Translations under genes and position numbers: made by a program
Assembly: GCA_028534125.1 (NCBI GenBank)
Contig: CM052816.1
Location: 27,034,001-27,098,000 of the forward strand
Direction of reading: 5' to 3'
DNA from: Lama glama
Taxonomy: Eukaryota
DNA: 64,000 nucleotides
The notes under the pieces: generated by a model
Told to the model about the DNA's origin: nothing
Seen by the model: the letters and a program-made list of their open reading frames with translations, nothing else
The model's database searches: none
In this document: piece by piece, positions 13,750 to 27,033 of the stretch
How the letters are laid out: each line of letters begins with the position of its first letter
Numbering within the stretch: the first letter of the stretch is position 1

Positions 13750-14270
13750 CTAAAAATAACTCTCATTCTACACACATGTACACACACATGTCTTTCTATA
13801 TAAGTAATGTATTTTATACTGGATGTGTTTCCCTATATTACTAAACAGTATTCAGAATAATGGCTTTTCATGGTTGTATAGAACACCATCTTTTGGATGC
13901 ACATTACGTATTAAATATTCCTTGATTGTTAGACATTTATAAGGTTTCCACTATTTCATTATTATATATAATATAGCAATGAACATGACAGGTGGGGATA
14001 TTCCCCACTATACTAACAATGAGGAGCTCTGAACATGACTAAACATAAATCCTTATGTGAATCAAGTGTGTTTAAAAATGTTTGCTTTTTCCCATCTAAT
14101 TATATTCTAAAAATACTAAACCAGTTTTTACTTCTACCAAAATAAATGAGAAAGACCATGTCCCTGTATCTTTACCAATACTATATATTATCATTTTTAA
14201 AATTCCAGTTTTATTTTAGCCTGAGTGGTAAGGAATAAAATTATTATTTTATCTTGCATTTTTTAGATGC
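13750..14270 (-). mobile_element. Old L1ME fragment
   Basis: 'tgattgttagacatttataaggtttccactatttcattatta...gcaatgaacat' and 'ttttacttctacca'. Confidence 0.6.
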
Positions 14271-14843
14271 ACTAAATTCTAAGTAAACTTTGTTACCTGG
14301 GATCTTACATGGGAAATCTGCTGAGTAACTTTCCTTCTGGATTGTTAAAATGTTTTTCTATTCATTTAGATTCAAAGTGTTTAGTATGGGTTTATCTGCT
14401 AGCTGGATATGTGATCTTGGATAATTAATGACTACTTTGGGCCTCTTTTTCTTCCAGTATAAAATGATCAGTAAAGTCTCTTCTGTAATTTTAAATGAAA
14501 AATGAGATTTAATATATAATTTTTGATTGAATGGTTCTGAAATGTAACATTCAGATTGGGCTATTAACTCATATTAAGTTGCTATTTAAAGGTGAATAGC
14601 ACAGAACTCTGTAAATTCCTACATTTCATATTTTTAAAAACTCACAGTGTTTGCATCAACTAGTGATTGAACTACACGTTCATGTGTTGGGAAATAACTT
14701 AAGTATGTAAATATTCTACACAGCTTCTTTTAGAAGTATTTACATTTTTTTAACAGAGAGAGGATTGTGTCTAGTCATAAGATTCACGGTTGCCAATTAA
14801 ACATCACAGTGCAATTTTTATCCTATTTCAGTCACACCCTTAT

Positions 14844-14862
14844 ACACTCCCTCTAGTGGTGT
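14844..14862 (-). promoter_or_regulatory. Candidate CTCF site
   Basis: Minus strand reads ACACCACTAGAGGGAGTGT, a close match to the core CCASYAGRKGGCRS. It lies in non-repetitive sequence. Confidence 0.5.
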
Positions 14863-15148
14863 ACTGAACATTCCAGACCAACTGAGTTTCTCAGCTGTAC
14901 TGCAGTTGATTCTTAAATTTGTCCTCTCATAGCCTTTCTTCATCTATCCAGAACCAATAGTGCTTTTTAATGCATCATTTAAGGTCAAGGTGAAAAAAAA
15001 AAAGATGGGATAATGATTTTTATGCCATTTTAATTTAACACAAAAGGAAACAAGGCAACCCATTAATTCAATTCAACAAAAATTTGATCATTATGTGTAT
15101 GGTACTAAGGTAAACAAAGAACTACAGGACAATTTCTGTGCTAAGGGG

Positions 15149-15751
15149 GTAATGGGGCAGAACCCTATGGGGCCTTCCTGGGGCAGAACCCCCCTCCACA
15201 TGTCCCCCTTCTAGAAAAACTTGAACCTCCTAGGCCTTCCCCAAGTTCCCAAGAATCAATTTAATCAGAGAAGTGAGAAAATGCAGAAAGAGAAAAAAAC
15301 AGTCAAGTAAAACAAAATAATAGTTTAGCCATTAAAGTCAAGGACCTTTAGTTCCTCCTCAAGGGCTATAGATAATATTCTGAACCATGTCCTTTGAGCT
15401 GTTTTATAGATACGAAAACCCCCACCAGATGGAAGACGTTAACTGTATGCTGCCCACAAGCACCCAGACCCCAGACAGGTTGGAACCAGAAGGCTGATGA
15501 TGCTGGCTCCCAAACTCACCATGACAACAACCAATCAGAAGAACATCCATGAGCTGATCATGCATCCTACCCTGTCTTTAAAAATCTTTCCCTGAAAGCC
15601 ACAGGGGAGTTCAGGTCTTTTGAGCACTAGCTGCCGGGATTCCTTGCTTGGTGCCCTGCAATAAATGCTTCACTTTCCTTCACCACAACCTGGTCTCAGT
15701 AGACTGGCTCTCCTGTGAGAGAGTGAGTGAACTCAAGTTTCGTTTAGTAAC
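15149..15751 (+). mobile_element. ERV1-like solo LTR
   Basis: ~600 bp with ends (t)gtaat...gtaac(a), CCAAT at ~15531, AATAAA at ~15660 and a gggg TSD on both sides. It interrupts an L2-like stretch. Confidence 0.8.
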
Positions 15752-15799
15752 GGGGCTGTGTTATTCTCTCTCTTTTTTTTTTTTTTTCTCCTCTGCGTG

Positions 15800-16471
15800 G
15801 CATGTAGCCTATGGAGCACTGGGTCAGGCACATGGATGATTTGGTAGGGTTTTATGCTGGCCCTGTGGTCAAGGTTGTAGTTGCTGGAGTCCATACTCAC
15901 TAGTGTCCTCTGAGATATTTGTGATCCCATTGGGTTTCCAGTCCTTTGGTCCATGCTGCTCTTCACAGCTGAGTCCTCTCAACATGACAAAAGACCCAAA
16001 GGAGTCTTATGGTTTTCTCTTAGTGCTTCCTTATCTCTCTGAGGGAAGGCGATTGATGAGCACCACTGCTTTATTGTGCCACTCAGGGGCCCACAGGAAA
16101 CTTTGGTAGGGGCTGTGCCAGCCCACTAGGGCTTCATTCTCACTCTACTGCTGTCTGTAGATTCAGCCTTGATGGCTGCAGGTGGGGACACGCTCCATGT
16201 CTCCTTCCAAAGGACTACTGCACCGATTCACTATGCATCTCTCTCTAGATCTCCTCTCCTCAACTCTGAGAACCCAATCCAGGTAAGCCTTTCTTCCAAC
16301 ACTTTTGACTGAAAGGCAAAGAAATTATTAGGGTGTCTGTCTTTAGTTCTTTCCTGACACTTCCATTCTGCCCCCTTGGAACAGTGCTTAAGTCTCATGC
16401 CTGAATAGGTGAGAGTCACAGGAAAAACATAAAGTCCATTACTCTCTTATCCCAAGACAAGGGATATCACA
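15800..16471 (-). mobile_element. Possible ancient LTR, unassigned
   Basis: Minus strand begins TGTGATATCCCTTGTC, an LTR-like start. The body is GC-richer than its flanks. Family not recognised. Confidence 0.3.
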
Positions 16472-17084
16472 GCAGTGGGGTGGGGTATTATCTTTGTAAA
16501 GCTGCACAAAGTTTAAGGCAAATGGGAAAAATGAGAAATAGTGTTTTATTTGGAGATCAGGAGGCCATTAATATATTTAAGAAATAAATTTCAAGCCTCT
16601 GGTAGTCTGTGGATGAAGGAAGAGTAGCTGGAAGGCAGAGGGTACATGTGATGGGCGAGGAAGGTGGTAGAAAAAGCAAGACTAAGATAAGACCACAGAA
16701 AAAAGGGAAGCCTGGGTAAGGGATGGAGCTGCCTCTCTCTGTGAGACAGCCTGAAGGAAGGTCTGTGTGAAGTACTGAGAAACTCTGAGCTTGTTAGGGT
16801 GTCAGGAAAGCTGAAGAAGTGGCCATGAACCACTGGCAGGATGACTTTGATTTCCCTGTCATTGTAGAGATCAAGTTGGCCAAGAGTCTATCCTTATAGA
16901 GATCAAGTTGGCAGACAGTGAGAAGGAAGACTGGAAATCTTAGGGACTGTGGAAACTGTCTGGAGTAGTTCCTGTGAAGGATGCAATAAGGTCAAATAGA
17001 AAGAAAGGAAAAATCACTGAGTCACACTGAAGTATTACTATTATGTCCCAGTTAGATATCAGACAGTATACTATGTACATTGTA

Positions 17085-17224
17085 TACCTTTCCTCACAGT
17101 GGCTTTGCATGATAAAAATGATTACCCTGATTTAACTGAGAAGGAAAATGAGAAGAAGAGAATTTAATGAATTTGTTCATGGTTATTCAGCTAGTAAGTT
17201 GTGGAACATATACTCAAATTCAGG
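17085..17224 (-). mobile_element. MIR fragment
   Basis: 'attaccctgatttaactgagaaggaaaatgag...cagctagtaagttgtggaac...tactcaaattcagg'. Confidence 0.65.
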
Positions 17225-17875
17225 TGTTAACAAAATTTGGGGGACTTCCCAGCCCAGCACAGGTAGCTGTGACACAGGGCACCTACAGATGACATTTCAG
17301 GCTGTGAGAATGAATGAGACTGTTAAGTAGTTAGATAAGTGAGGGCACCGGGCAGATAAGGTGGAGGAGAGGGAGGACTGCCTGGAGAACGGAGGTATGT
17401 CTGCCTTCGGCATAAAGGGGCTTTACTTTCTCTAAATGAGTGTCAGCAAGAAACCAGTTAGAACTCGATGGCTGCAACTGCATGGTAGCGACAAAGACCT
17501 AACCGGGTATGACCCAATGCTCACTGTAATATAATTAACATTGTGGTTTAGGCCCCCTCCATGGATTTTTCTGTATGCATCATAGGTAAGGACATGTGGA
17601 AAAGGGGACGAGCATGACTAAGCATTCCAGGGACAAGAGCCTTCAGTCAATCAAGAAACCACCTCTAAGAAAGTGTATAAGAGAAGGGTAAACAAAGACT
17701 ATTGCTATTCGCTCTTGGATCAGCCCACCTCCCATTCTTGAAAATGTACTTTCCCTTTGCTAAATAAAACGTTTAAAATATTTCGCTAAACAACACTTCT
17801 GTCTCCTGTCTGAATTCTTCTCTTTCAGGTAAGACAAGGACTAGAGTCTTTTTCTCTTCCCCTTTTGGGGTAATA
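17225..17875 (+). mobile_element. ERV1-like solo LTR
   Basis: Termini tgttaac...ggtaata, a TATA-like 'gtataagag' (~17676), AATAAA (~17763) and a U5-like 'gtctgaattcttc...aagacaaggac'. Confidence 0.75.
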
Positions 17876-18807
17876 AGAGCACCAGAAAGAGACTGCAGAT
17901 AGGGTGAAGATGAGGACCCATCTTTCATCAAAGCCCATGTGTTTCTACAACATACAGGTAGCTTAGAATGGACCTGTAGTAGTCCCTGTCTGCACACTTT
18001 GTGCCTTTGTAATGTGAGTTTTGGCAACTTGAGAGCAGAAAAAATAAGATGATGAGAAGCACCCCGAGGTAGGAACCAATGTGGAGATAACGAATGGGAA
18101 TGCTAGCAGAGAGTCCCGGTAACCTCAGATCCTCCTGAGATGTGTTATGTCACTTCAAGTCAGTTCACATTCAGCACCTTTGAAATTTAAACTTTTGGTC
18201 TAAATTTTTCCATTGGGCAAAGTCTTGGCAATTTCAGATATTTTTCTCTGAATTTTTTTCATATTTCTTTGAGATCACACTGAGAGGCAGGAGACCATAG
18301 GTTTAATGCCATGTACATTCTTGGTAGATAAGTCTACATCTTCAGAACTGGTTGGGGGTATGTTTTCCTAAAAATTCTGTTGTTGATGTTTGTTTTCTTC
18401 TCATGGCCATGTAGATGAATACATTTTCTCCATTTATTTAATCTTTATAAAGAAAATAAAGTATGATACCTGTTCAAAAACATTTACTAAGGAAAAAGAA
18501 AAGCCAGTTTGGTAAAAAGGTCAGCAAGACACAAGGAAGTATGATATTTGCTGAAAGCGCCTGTCAGAAGAGTCTGAAAAATGTAGATGGGCCAAGGGAA
18601 ACAAGATACAATTAAGGCAAAATTCATTCCCCTGAGATAGCTGAAATGTGAGTTTTCGTATCCTGAGAGGTAGGGGGCCAAATGAGGTCTAATTGTGTCT
18701 TATTTAGCTTGGCCTTTTAAATGGATAACCCTTGGATCTCTTTGCAAATATCACACTTTTGTCAAACTGACCTTATTCTAATGTTTCTCTTTTTGCAAAG
18801 TACAATA

Positions 18808-19183
18808 TTTTTTTAAATTGAAGTATATTCAGTTTATAATATGTCAATTTCTGGTGTACAGCATAATGTTTAGTCATACATGGACATACAAATATTCCTT
18901 TTTGTATTCTTTTTCATTATAGGTTACTACAAGATATTGAATATAGTTTGCTGTGCTATACTGTACAAACTTGTTGTTTATCTATTTTATATATAGTAGT
19001 TAGTATCTGCAAATTCCAAACTCCCGATTTATCCCTCCCCACTCCCTTCCCCCTGGTAACCATAAGTTTGTTTTCTATATCTGAGTCTGTTTCTATTTTG
19101 TAAATAAGTTCATTTGTGTTTTTTTTTTAAGATTTCACATATAAGTGATATCATACGGTATTTCTCTTTCTGACTTACTTCAC
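18808..19183 (-). mobile_element. Lineage-specific L1 3'UTR fragment
   Basis: Poly-T plus 'attgaagtatattcagtttataat...ggttactacaagatattgaatatag'. Homologous to the copies at 48246 and 54563. Confidence 0.9.
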
Positions 19184-19765
19184 AAATGTGAAGTATTTTT
19201 GATCATACAACAGTAACTCAACTAATAAGGTTTTCAACTACAAATGTAGACTATATTCTAACGGAAACCATATTACCAGTGGAAAGAGTTCCATCCCTTA
19301 TTATCCTATTCTACCTTGAACAAGTCTCACAGCAGGATTTCTAAAAGGGCCCAGAAAAATAGCTCAAGAAATCCTACTTTTGCACAGATTCACATGCTCA
19401 GTTTAAATATACTGGAAAAATAAGAGATTAAGTCAATTGGATAAATACATGTTCATAATTAGGAAAGAGATTTTGAAATACTGTCAACCCTAGTTGTATT
19501 CTAGTTGTACTATAGAAAAATCCAAATCAGATATAGTTCTCAAGATACTTGTCTTAGGATTTATATTGAAATATATAATATTTTCTGAAAGAGCTTTAAC
19601 TCCTTAATTTTATTTTTTTGGTCAAGGTTTCCATGAAAGTCTTAAGGTCTTGGGTCCATGTGACCAGGATTCTAGTCCCAATTTGGCCATCAACTCACAA
19701 TGTTAATTTAGGTGAATCACTCACTCTGTCTGGGACTCCATTTCCCATTTGCAAATGACTATTCT

Positions 19766-20288
19766 TGTAGTAAGGAAGAATAAATCTGACTCCATGTTAG
19801 ATCTGTTCCTTTGGCTCTAACCCTGTGCTCTGTATTCTGTCCTTAGTAATGCTGGTTCTGTACCTTTTGTAGAAGAATGTTACCAATAGCATGAAATATA
19901 CAAGATAGCTCATGCTCAAGGTCCTAACCTTTAAAGGTATAACACTTTCCCATTCATATAAAGATAAAAAAAAGTTGCAGAACAGAAAATAACATTTGTT
20001 TTACTGGAGGTTTACAGGGACAACATAACCTGATCTACATGGACAACTGCAAGAACAAAGGATTCCAACATTAAGAAGCTTGCAACAACCAACCACATCC
20101 TCTTCCCTTTTCAGTATAAAAGAAGCCTGAATTCTGCTTTGGGGAAGATGGTTCTCCAGGACATTAGTTCACCATCTTCTTGGTCTGCTGGCTTTCTGAA
20201 TAAAGTTGTTATTCCTTGTCCCAACACCTTGTCTCCTGATTTACTGGCCTGTTGTGTGGCGAGCAGAATGAGTCTGAACTCAGTCACA
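19766..20288 (+). mobile_element. ERV1-like solo LTR (MER34/39/41-like group)
   Basis: TG...CA termini with a perfect 4-bp TSD ttct (19762-19765 / 20289-20292). TATAAA at ~20116 and AATAAA at ~20199. Inserted into a MIR-like stretch. Confidence 0.88.
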
Positions 20289-21307
20289 TTCTAAATTAGA
20301 TGACTGCCATGTTCCCTTCCACCTTTAATTGTATATAACTATTTGACTTTGAGGCTTTGTGAATAATCTGAAGTTGAATTAAAGTCAAAAGGCAAAGGTA
20401 GTCTCTTAGTGTCTTTCGTTCTGTGTTTCTCTCTCTCTCTCTCTCTCTTTGGCTTTAAAAAACTTCTGGAGAAGGCATTTCCCTTGAGAAACCAATATGT
20501 CATGTCTAGGAGAGATGGGATCTGACCTGGCTCCTTGAGGGAAATACTTCAGTCCTAGATGAAAGAAGAAGGCAGAGAGGATAAAAATAAAGGTAGTAAG
20601 GACAGAGATGTTAGGAGCTTTGGTTCTGAGGATTCATAATTGTCCTTAACTCACACAGACTGAATTCTTGCCTGCCTATATTCCTGGGTCTTGTATAAGA
20701 GCATCCTGCAGAAAATGTTAACAGTGTGAGTGACCTTCACTGGGTTCAATGATTCACTGATTGTAAAAAATATTTTGCCTGGAATAACAGAGTATGTATT
20801 CCTGGAGCCTATACCCACCCTATACCTAGACCTGGAAGGAGGCCTCCCAGAAGTGTGCTAAGTGAACAAGGGAAGCTTGGCTAGTTGATATTTGTCTACC
20901 CAGATAATTGAGTGAACTAAAACGTCTTTTATTATCCTTATGTGGATTACGTACTTTGTAGGGTATCTACAGTCATTATTAAAACCATGTGTATTCATTC
21001 CTTCTTACTTCTGAGCACCTTCTCTGAAAATCAATCCACATATGCTCAGGAATGCAAAGCACACTCATTTTAGAGTTAGTGTAAACAAACATAATTAAGG
21101 AGGTAAATTTACTTCAGAAATTATCTAATACTTCCTGCATTAAAATAGGAATGACTTTTGGCTGTTCCCATCCACTTATGTGGACAACTGTTAAGTAGAG
21201 ATCTGATACTTCTGGAACAGGCTTGATCTAGTCCCCTATCCCCAAAATCCACAGTGTCAGGTAATTAATGAAGATTACTGTCCCAGGATTTTAGATACAA
21301 CATTCTT

Positions 21308-21441
21308 TTCTTTTTTTTGGATGGGTGGGTAATTAGGTTTTTTTGTTTGTTTATTTATTTTAATTGGAGGTACTGGAGATTGAACCCAGGACCTCATGCA
21401 TACTAAGCAAGCACTCTATCATTGAGCTATATCTTCCCCTC
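21308..21441 (-). mobile_element. Vic-1-type camelid SINE, full length
   Basis: The antisense tRNA-like head has A- and B-boxes (gatatagctcaatgatagag...ggttcaatctcc). 17-bp TSD ttagatacaacattctt / ttagatataacgttctt (21291-21307, 21442-21458). Confidence 0.9.
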
Positions 21442-21665
21442 TTAGATATAACGTTCTTAGGACTGGAGTCAAGATAATCTCATATAGATAAAATTATAGG
21501 TAAAACTCATAAAGAAGTGGTGCTGAAGTGAGCAGAAACTCTCACAGGGTTTTTGAGTCAGAATGGTTTCATTTTATATGAAGAAGGGACTTGCAGCTAC
21601 AGTTGACTTTCAAGAGGAAGGAAATAAAACAGCTTCAAAAATTTCTCATTAAAATTATAGTTTAA

Positions 21666-21783
21666 TCAAATATATGTATGTATATGCATTACTGGGACAT
21701 TGTGCTATACACCAGAAACTGACACACCATAACTTACTGTACTTCAATTTAAAAAAAGTAAAATTAAAAATAAATAAATAAAT
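21666..21783 (+). mobile_element. Short 5'-truncated L1 tail
   Basis: 'tgtgctatacaccagaaactgacaca...cttcaat' plus an A-rich tail. Perfect TSD aaaattatagtttaa (21651-21665 / 21784-21798). Confidence 0.9.
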
Positions 21784-22309
21784 AAAATTATAGTTTAACA
21801 TATTCTTCCCAAGACATAAAGACATCTAAACTAAGTAAAATTTCTTAATCCATACTGGGGTGCATATTATGTCAACTTCCTGTGTTCCTTGCTGTTTCTT
21901 AAAGCTAAAAATGGGCTAGATTTTACAATATCTTATTTACCTCATGCCACTATAAATATTTTGCCCACAATAGCTAATACTTTTCATAGTCGAAACCATT
22001 TTAGGTTATAAATGTTCTTTTAGAAAATATTAATCAATCAATAAAATATGAAAGTGAGACCTATGAGAGTAATTTTATGAGACAGTATCTTATGATTATT
22101 TAAGAATATAAAACATCTCTTTTAATAGTCATTCTTATTTATTAAATACTCTAGCTTATTCTATTCTGGATCTAAAAATTTAGTTGGTATGTAAGTATCC
22201 TTTATATTTTGCTTTAAAGCTGTTAAACTATTTTAAGTTGCATTATTTAAAATATTTAAATTTAGAATTCATAAATTGAATTTATGAATTCATAAATGTT
22301 TTTAATTTT

Positions 22310-22770
22310 AAAATTATTTTAAAAATATTTAAAGTTTGACTATATAAACAACAGATGAATATATTCTCCTGGTAAAAATTAAAACTCTCAGGATATAAGT
22401 CAAGTTTTTTTGACTAGCATCTGAAATCTGGGTCTCCTACTGAGATGATGTGAGAAGCGCTATCTGCTTAGTGTTTACATTTCCAAATAATTGCTATTTG
22501 TATATGTATTTCCTTTGGAAAGCATAGGGTACTTTAGAGTATGTTAAAGGTAACTGGTATGACATGGCTGTGTTATTCCATAGTTTGCTTCTTCATTTGG
22601 TTATATGTCTTGAAGAGTTTTCCCTGACTTCATTATTTTAAGCTGTTCCTTAGTACTTTATAGAATAGCTATTATAAATAATTTTCTATTCTAATTTTGG
22701 TAGGTATTTAGGTTGTTTCCATTTTGTTTACAATGACAAAGAATGCTGCAATGAATTGTACACCTCCATA
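22310..22770 (-). mobile_element. Old L1ME fragment
   Basis: 'ggtatttaggttgtttccattttgttacaatgacaaagaatgctgcaatgaa'. Confidence 0.6.
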
Positions 22771-24564
22771 GAGCTGTCAGGTCTGAACAACATTGTAAAC
22801 AGGCTTTTTTTCCTGAAGCTTTGCACAGCTGATTCGTAGTCTCCTAAAAATTACATTTTACCCTAAGCCTCCATCAAGGCATTCTCCCAAAAAAAGACCA
22901 TTCTCTCTCTGAGAAGCATTTTGAGAACAGCTGGTAAAGTAATTTAAAAACTTCCCATCTCATTTTATGTCCTCAGTGGTTAGCACTTGGAATAGCAAAT
23001 CGTTGACATTTGATAAACATTTTTCTTGAATGAATAAATGGTATTTTGGGGGAACAAAGAGCATTGAACTGTGAGTGAGAGAAGCTAGGTTTTTATGACC
23101 TGGGCTTGTGATTCTGGATTCAGGAAATACTGCTTATGGCTTTTTCCCTCAGAAATAGAAGACGGTTAACCAGGAGGTTTCAAAGTCTTGCCCATTGCTC
23201 TAATTTGTGGGTCTTTTTTTAGGGCTTGGGGGTGCTATCCACAGTGGTGTCCACTTAGTAGATGCTAAAGAAGTATTTGATTATACCATCGATTTATGTA
23301 ATTTTGAGAGTATTGAAATATAGCAAAAATTTAAATACATGTCTATAAATTCATTTCAAAAGGGTAGGTAAAATTAAAAAGTCAGCACTTAAGGCAATTT
23401 GTCACACTAAAAGAACGTATTTATGAATTTAGACATTAATCCTAAATATTAAAGGCAGAAAATACAGATTCTCTAGGGGCCAAACGGAAAAAAACATTTT
23501 GGTGATCATTTCTTAGGGAACTATTATACTTTAGAATAAGGAATCTGTGATTAACTTCCCATTTTTTACATTGGACTTGAGACAATAAATTGTTCATTAG
23601 ATGTGTCCTTTATTCTATACTCTTATATATTGATTTCTGTAAGAAGTTAATTGTCTACCCTGACTTTTTTTTTAATCAAATGCCCCTGACTAACTGCTAT
23701 CCATCAAAAGAATCCACAATACTCTTTCTCAAGTAAGTTAGCTCTTTTAGGATTGCTCTAAAATGCTCCCCAGAGCCAGAGCAGGGAGCCAAATTTAGAT
23801 TTATAAATCATGAGGAAAAAAAGGGAGATGTATGCATATATAAATGACTCATGTTCTATAAAGCTCTTCCTTACTTTGTTGTGAGAGTAGAGGTCAAAAC
23901 AGAGGAGGCATGCTTTACATACATTCTTTTACTGAAAGGAAAGTCTTTAGGAATTTAAAAAACTAACAAGTAAAAGATGTACAAAACCCCCAATTCTCCT
24001 ATCATTGTAGAGTTGGGTAATTTATTTTTATGATTTAAAGTATTTGAACCTTGAGCATGCTAAATATTTTTACTTGAATGGAATTCAGTTATGATGACTT
24101 AAATTACTATTTTCTTGAAGTCAATATGGCTCTGATTGAATCACTAGAGTTTTATTTGAAACTATGATTAGAGAGCTCCCCTAAGGGTTTTATTCCTTCA
24201 TTTTTCTTAGATTAGTGTATTCTTATTATTTCTTCAATATCAACAGTCTTTGCTGAAGAATTCTTTTATAAGAGTAACATGGTAATTGTGTAAACATTCA
24301 CTATTATATTATTTTTCACTAAACTATTAGAATTTAGCCTTAGGTTCTCTATGCTCTTTGAAAAGGTTAATTTAATAAATATGCGATAGTCTCTGTAAAA
24401 CGGTAACTTTGTTGATTTTAGAATTGGGAAACACAGGGATTCAGCAGCTTATTCACGTCAATACCGTGATTTCATCACAAAGTCACATACTGTGACTTTT
24501 CCTTCTCCCTGATTATTTGAGGGGTAGCTACAATTATTGAGGGCTTACTGTGTGTCAGGACCAG

Positions 24565-24960
24565 TGTTAAGGTAGGTTAAGCTACTATAATGAGAATGAA
24601 CAATAGATTATGGCTTAAGGAATGTCAAAATGTACTCTCAGGTAGGAGTCTGGGCTAGTTGTTCTGGTCATTTAGGGACTCAGACTCACATTAGCCTGTG
24701 TAGTCTCCAAGGGTCCCTCTGGGGCCATTTCAGTCAGCAGCAAGTGGAAGCTCAGTGTAGAGGACTGTGCTGTGCAGTGTTCATGGTCTAGGAAGTATCA
24801 TTTTTGCTTGAATTCTCTTGACTGGGACTTAGTCACATGGCCACATCTGGCTGCAAAACAGTCTGAGGAAGCAGTTAATGGCTGGGCTGCTGTTTCCCAA
24901 GTGCAACTCTACCACCACAAAAGAAATGGAGCACAGTTGGCAGATTCTGCCATGGCTTTT
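24565..24960 (-). mobile_element. MLT1 LTR inserted in a MIR (MIR flanks ~24520-24565 and ~24960-25115)
   Basis: 'gacttagtcacatggccacatctggctgcaa'. The MIR resumes at 'ccaaggtcatacaacttgtaagtgacagagtcaga'. Confidence 0.7.
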
Positions 24961-27033
24961 TACGTAATTATCTGATTTAAATACTACTCTGAACAGAAAG
25001 GATTTTATAGAAACTAACCTGTTACTTTCCAAGGTCATACAACTTGTAAGTGACAGAGTCAGAATGTGAACCTAGGCCTATTTGGCTCCAAAGTCCATGT
25101 TCTTACTCTCTATGTCAAACAATATAAAAAAGTTGGAATGTAGTCCAATCAACTGTGTTCAATAAGTTGTTAATACTTTTTCTTCAGACAGATTTCCCGT
25201 GGAGCCATAATACTACCCTGCACGAAGAATGAACAAGTGTGTTGTTTGACTTGGCGTTTAACCTTCAGGTTCTCATTACAACCACCGGTGCTGCTTTAAA
25301 ACAGTTAAGGACATTCTGGAAGGTTTCTAATTTAATTCAATTACTTTCATTTCAAATGCATTTGTTGTAGTCCATTTTGCTGAATTGGGTTGGCAGAATC
25401 CATACCTATTCCTAATACTCTTCCTTGCTTTCTTCTAACTCAGAAGTGGAAATCTGGAATTCCCGAGACCCCTCTCATCCAGCAGTGATCACCAGGTACA
25501 GTACTGCCCATGAGATTTAGAGGAAAGTATTCTGAGACTGGCGTCCTCTTGTAAATAAAAGGACAAAGCCCTTCAAGTAGAAGGCTTTGAGCTATTTGCT
25601 TTATTTTTGCCTCAAATGTGGGTGTGATTTCTACAGGTGCATTGGTCACCTCATTACCCTGAAGATAAAAGTCTATACGTCAAGGATGTAGATGGGAAGA
25701 TGAAAAGTTTCTGCTGGACCCTGATACGTCTATCCTGAAGGGCTAATCTCTTGTGGTATTTTCTATTATTTGCTGCAGAAAGCAAATACACTGAATATCT
25801 TACCTCCAATTTAATTCCCTTTTTTCCTTTCACTTTCCCTTCCTTCCTTCTTTCTTTCCTCCCTCTCTCTTTCTCTTTTCCTTTCTTCCTTCCTTATTTT
25901 TTTGACTTCAGACAATGGAAACCTGAGAGCAATCCAAAATTAGTATTTGCCTCTGTGCCTAGAGGGAAGCACGTATTTCAGCGGCTGTGGGCCAAAGGGT
26001 AGTCCGGTAAGAGAAACAACTGCATGAAAGAAACTACTCCCATTCTTTTTTTTTCTTTGCAATTCTGGGGATTATAATCCTTATTTATCCAGCCATTTTT
26101 ATATAATAATTTGGGAGAAAGAGCAATTTTTTGTTTTTGCACTCTATGAATGGCTATAGAAAAGCAAATCCTTCCTCTTGTTGGTAACGCATCTTTCTTT
26201 CCTCACTGCACTTTTGTGAGTGGCTATTTCATTGCCCTGGGGGTAAACACTGAATAAAAAAAAAACAAACAAAACTTCACCTTCTGAGAGGATTTTGTTA
26301 ACTAAAGTTCTAAAGGCCTCTAGTTTCCTGAAGGAATTCTTCACTTTAAAGAATTTGAGTTTCTAAAATAAATTTGGATCCTTTATTTTTAAAAAAGTAT
26401 CTTTCAGTTTATGAAGCTGTCGTTGTAAGCCACTGAGGAGAGTGAGGTGAAGACTGAGAGGGAAGGGGCAGCTAGAACTCAAGGAGTGGGAACTGGTTCC
26501 TCTATACTCTAAAGGCAGTTGTCTTTGTGTGTTTCTGATGAGGCAAAGATCATGGTCCACTGGAAGGGACTGACATGATGGTGGTTTCTCTGCTTTGGTC
26601 TATTAGGTGATTGGCGGTTCCTTGTTTCTGGAGGTGGGATATGGATATTCCACCAGACGTAATTCTGGTCAGCCCTTACTGCACCTCTCTTAACACTTCC
26701 CTTCTTCCAGGCTATCACAGAATAATGTTGAGGCTGGCAAGCATGCACGTTCTTAACCTAAACAAACTGATTTGGTCATAGGCCAAATGTATGGTCAGCT
26801 ACTTGAGTGAATAAACCTTCAGTCTCTTAGTGAGGATGATTTTTCCACATGCTTGTCTTCAGGTAAGAAAATATTTTAAAAGACACATAGTACAGAAAAT
26901 GCTTTGATTTTCTCATACACATACAGAAGGTATTCCTTATTTTGCACTTCAGATAATGCAGGTTTATATATCTCTGCCTAACTTTTGGATACTGGAACAA
27001 AAAAGGAATAAGAGAAAATGGGCCTAAGCAGAG

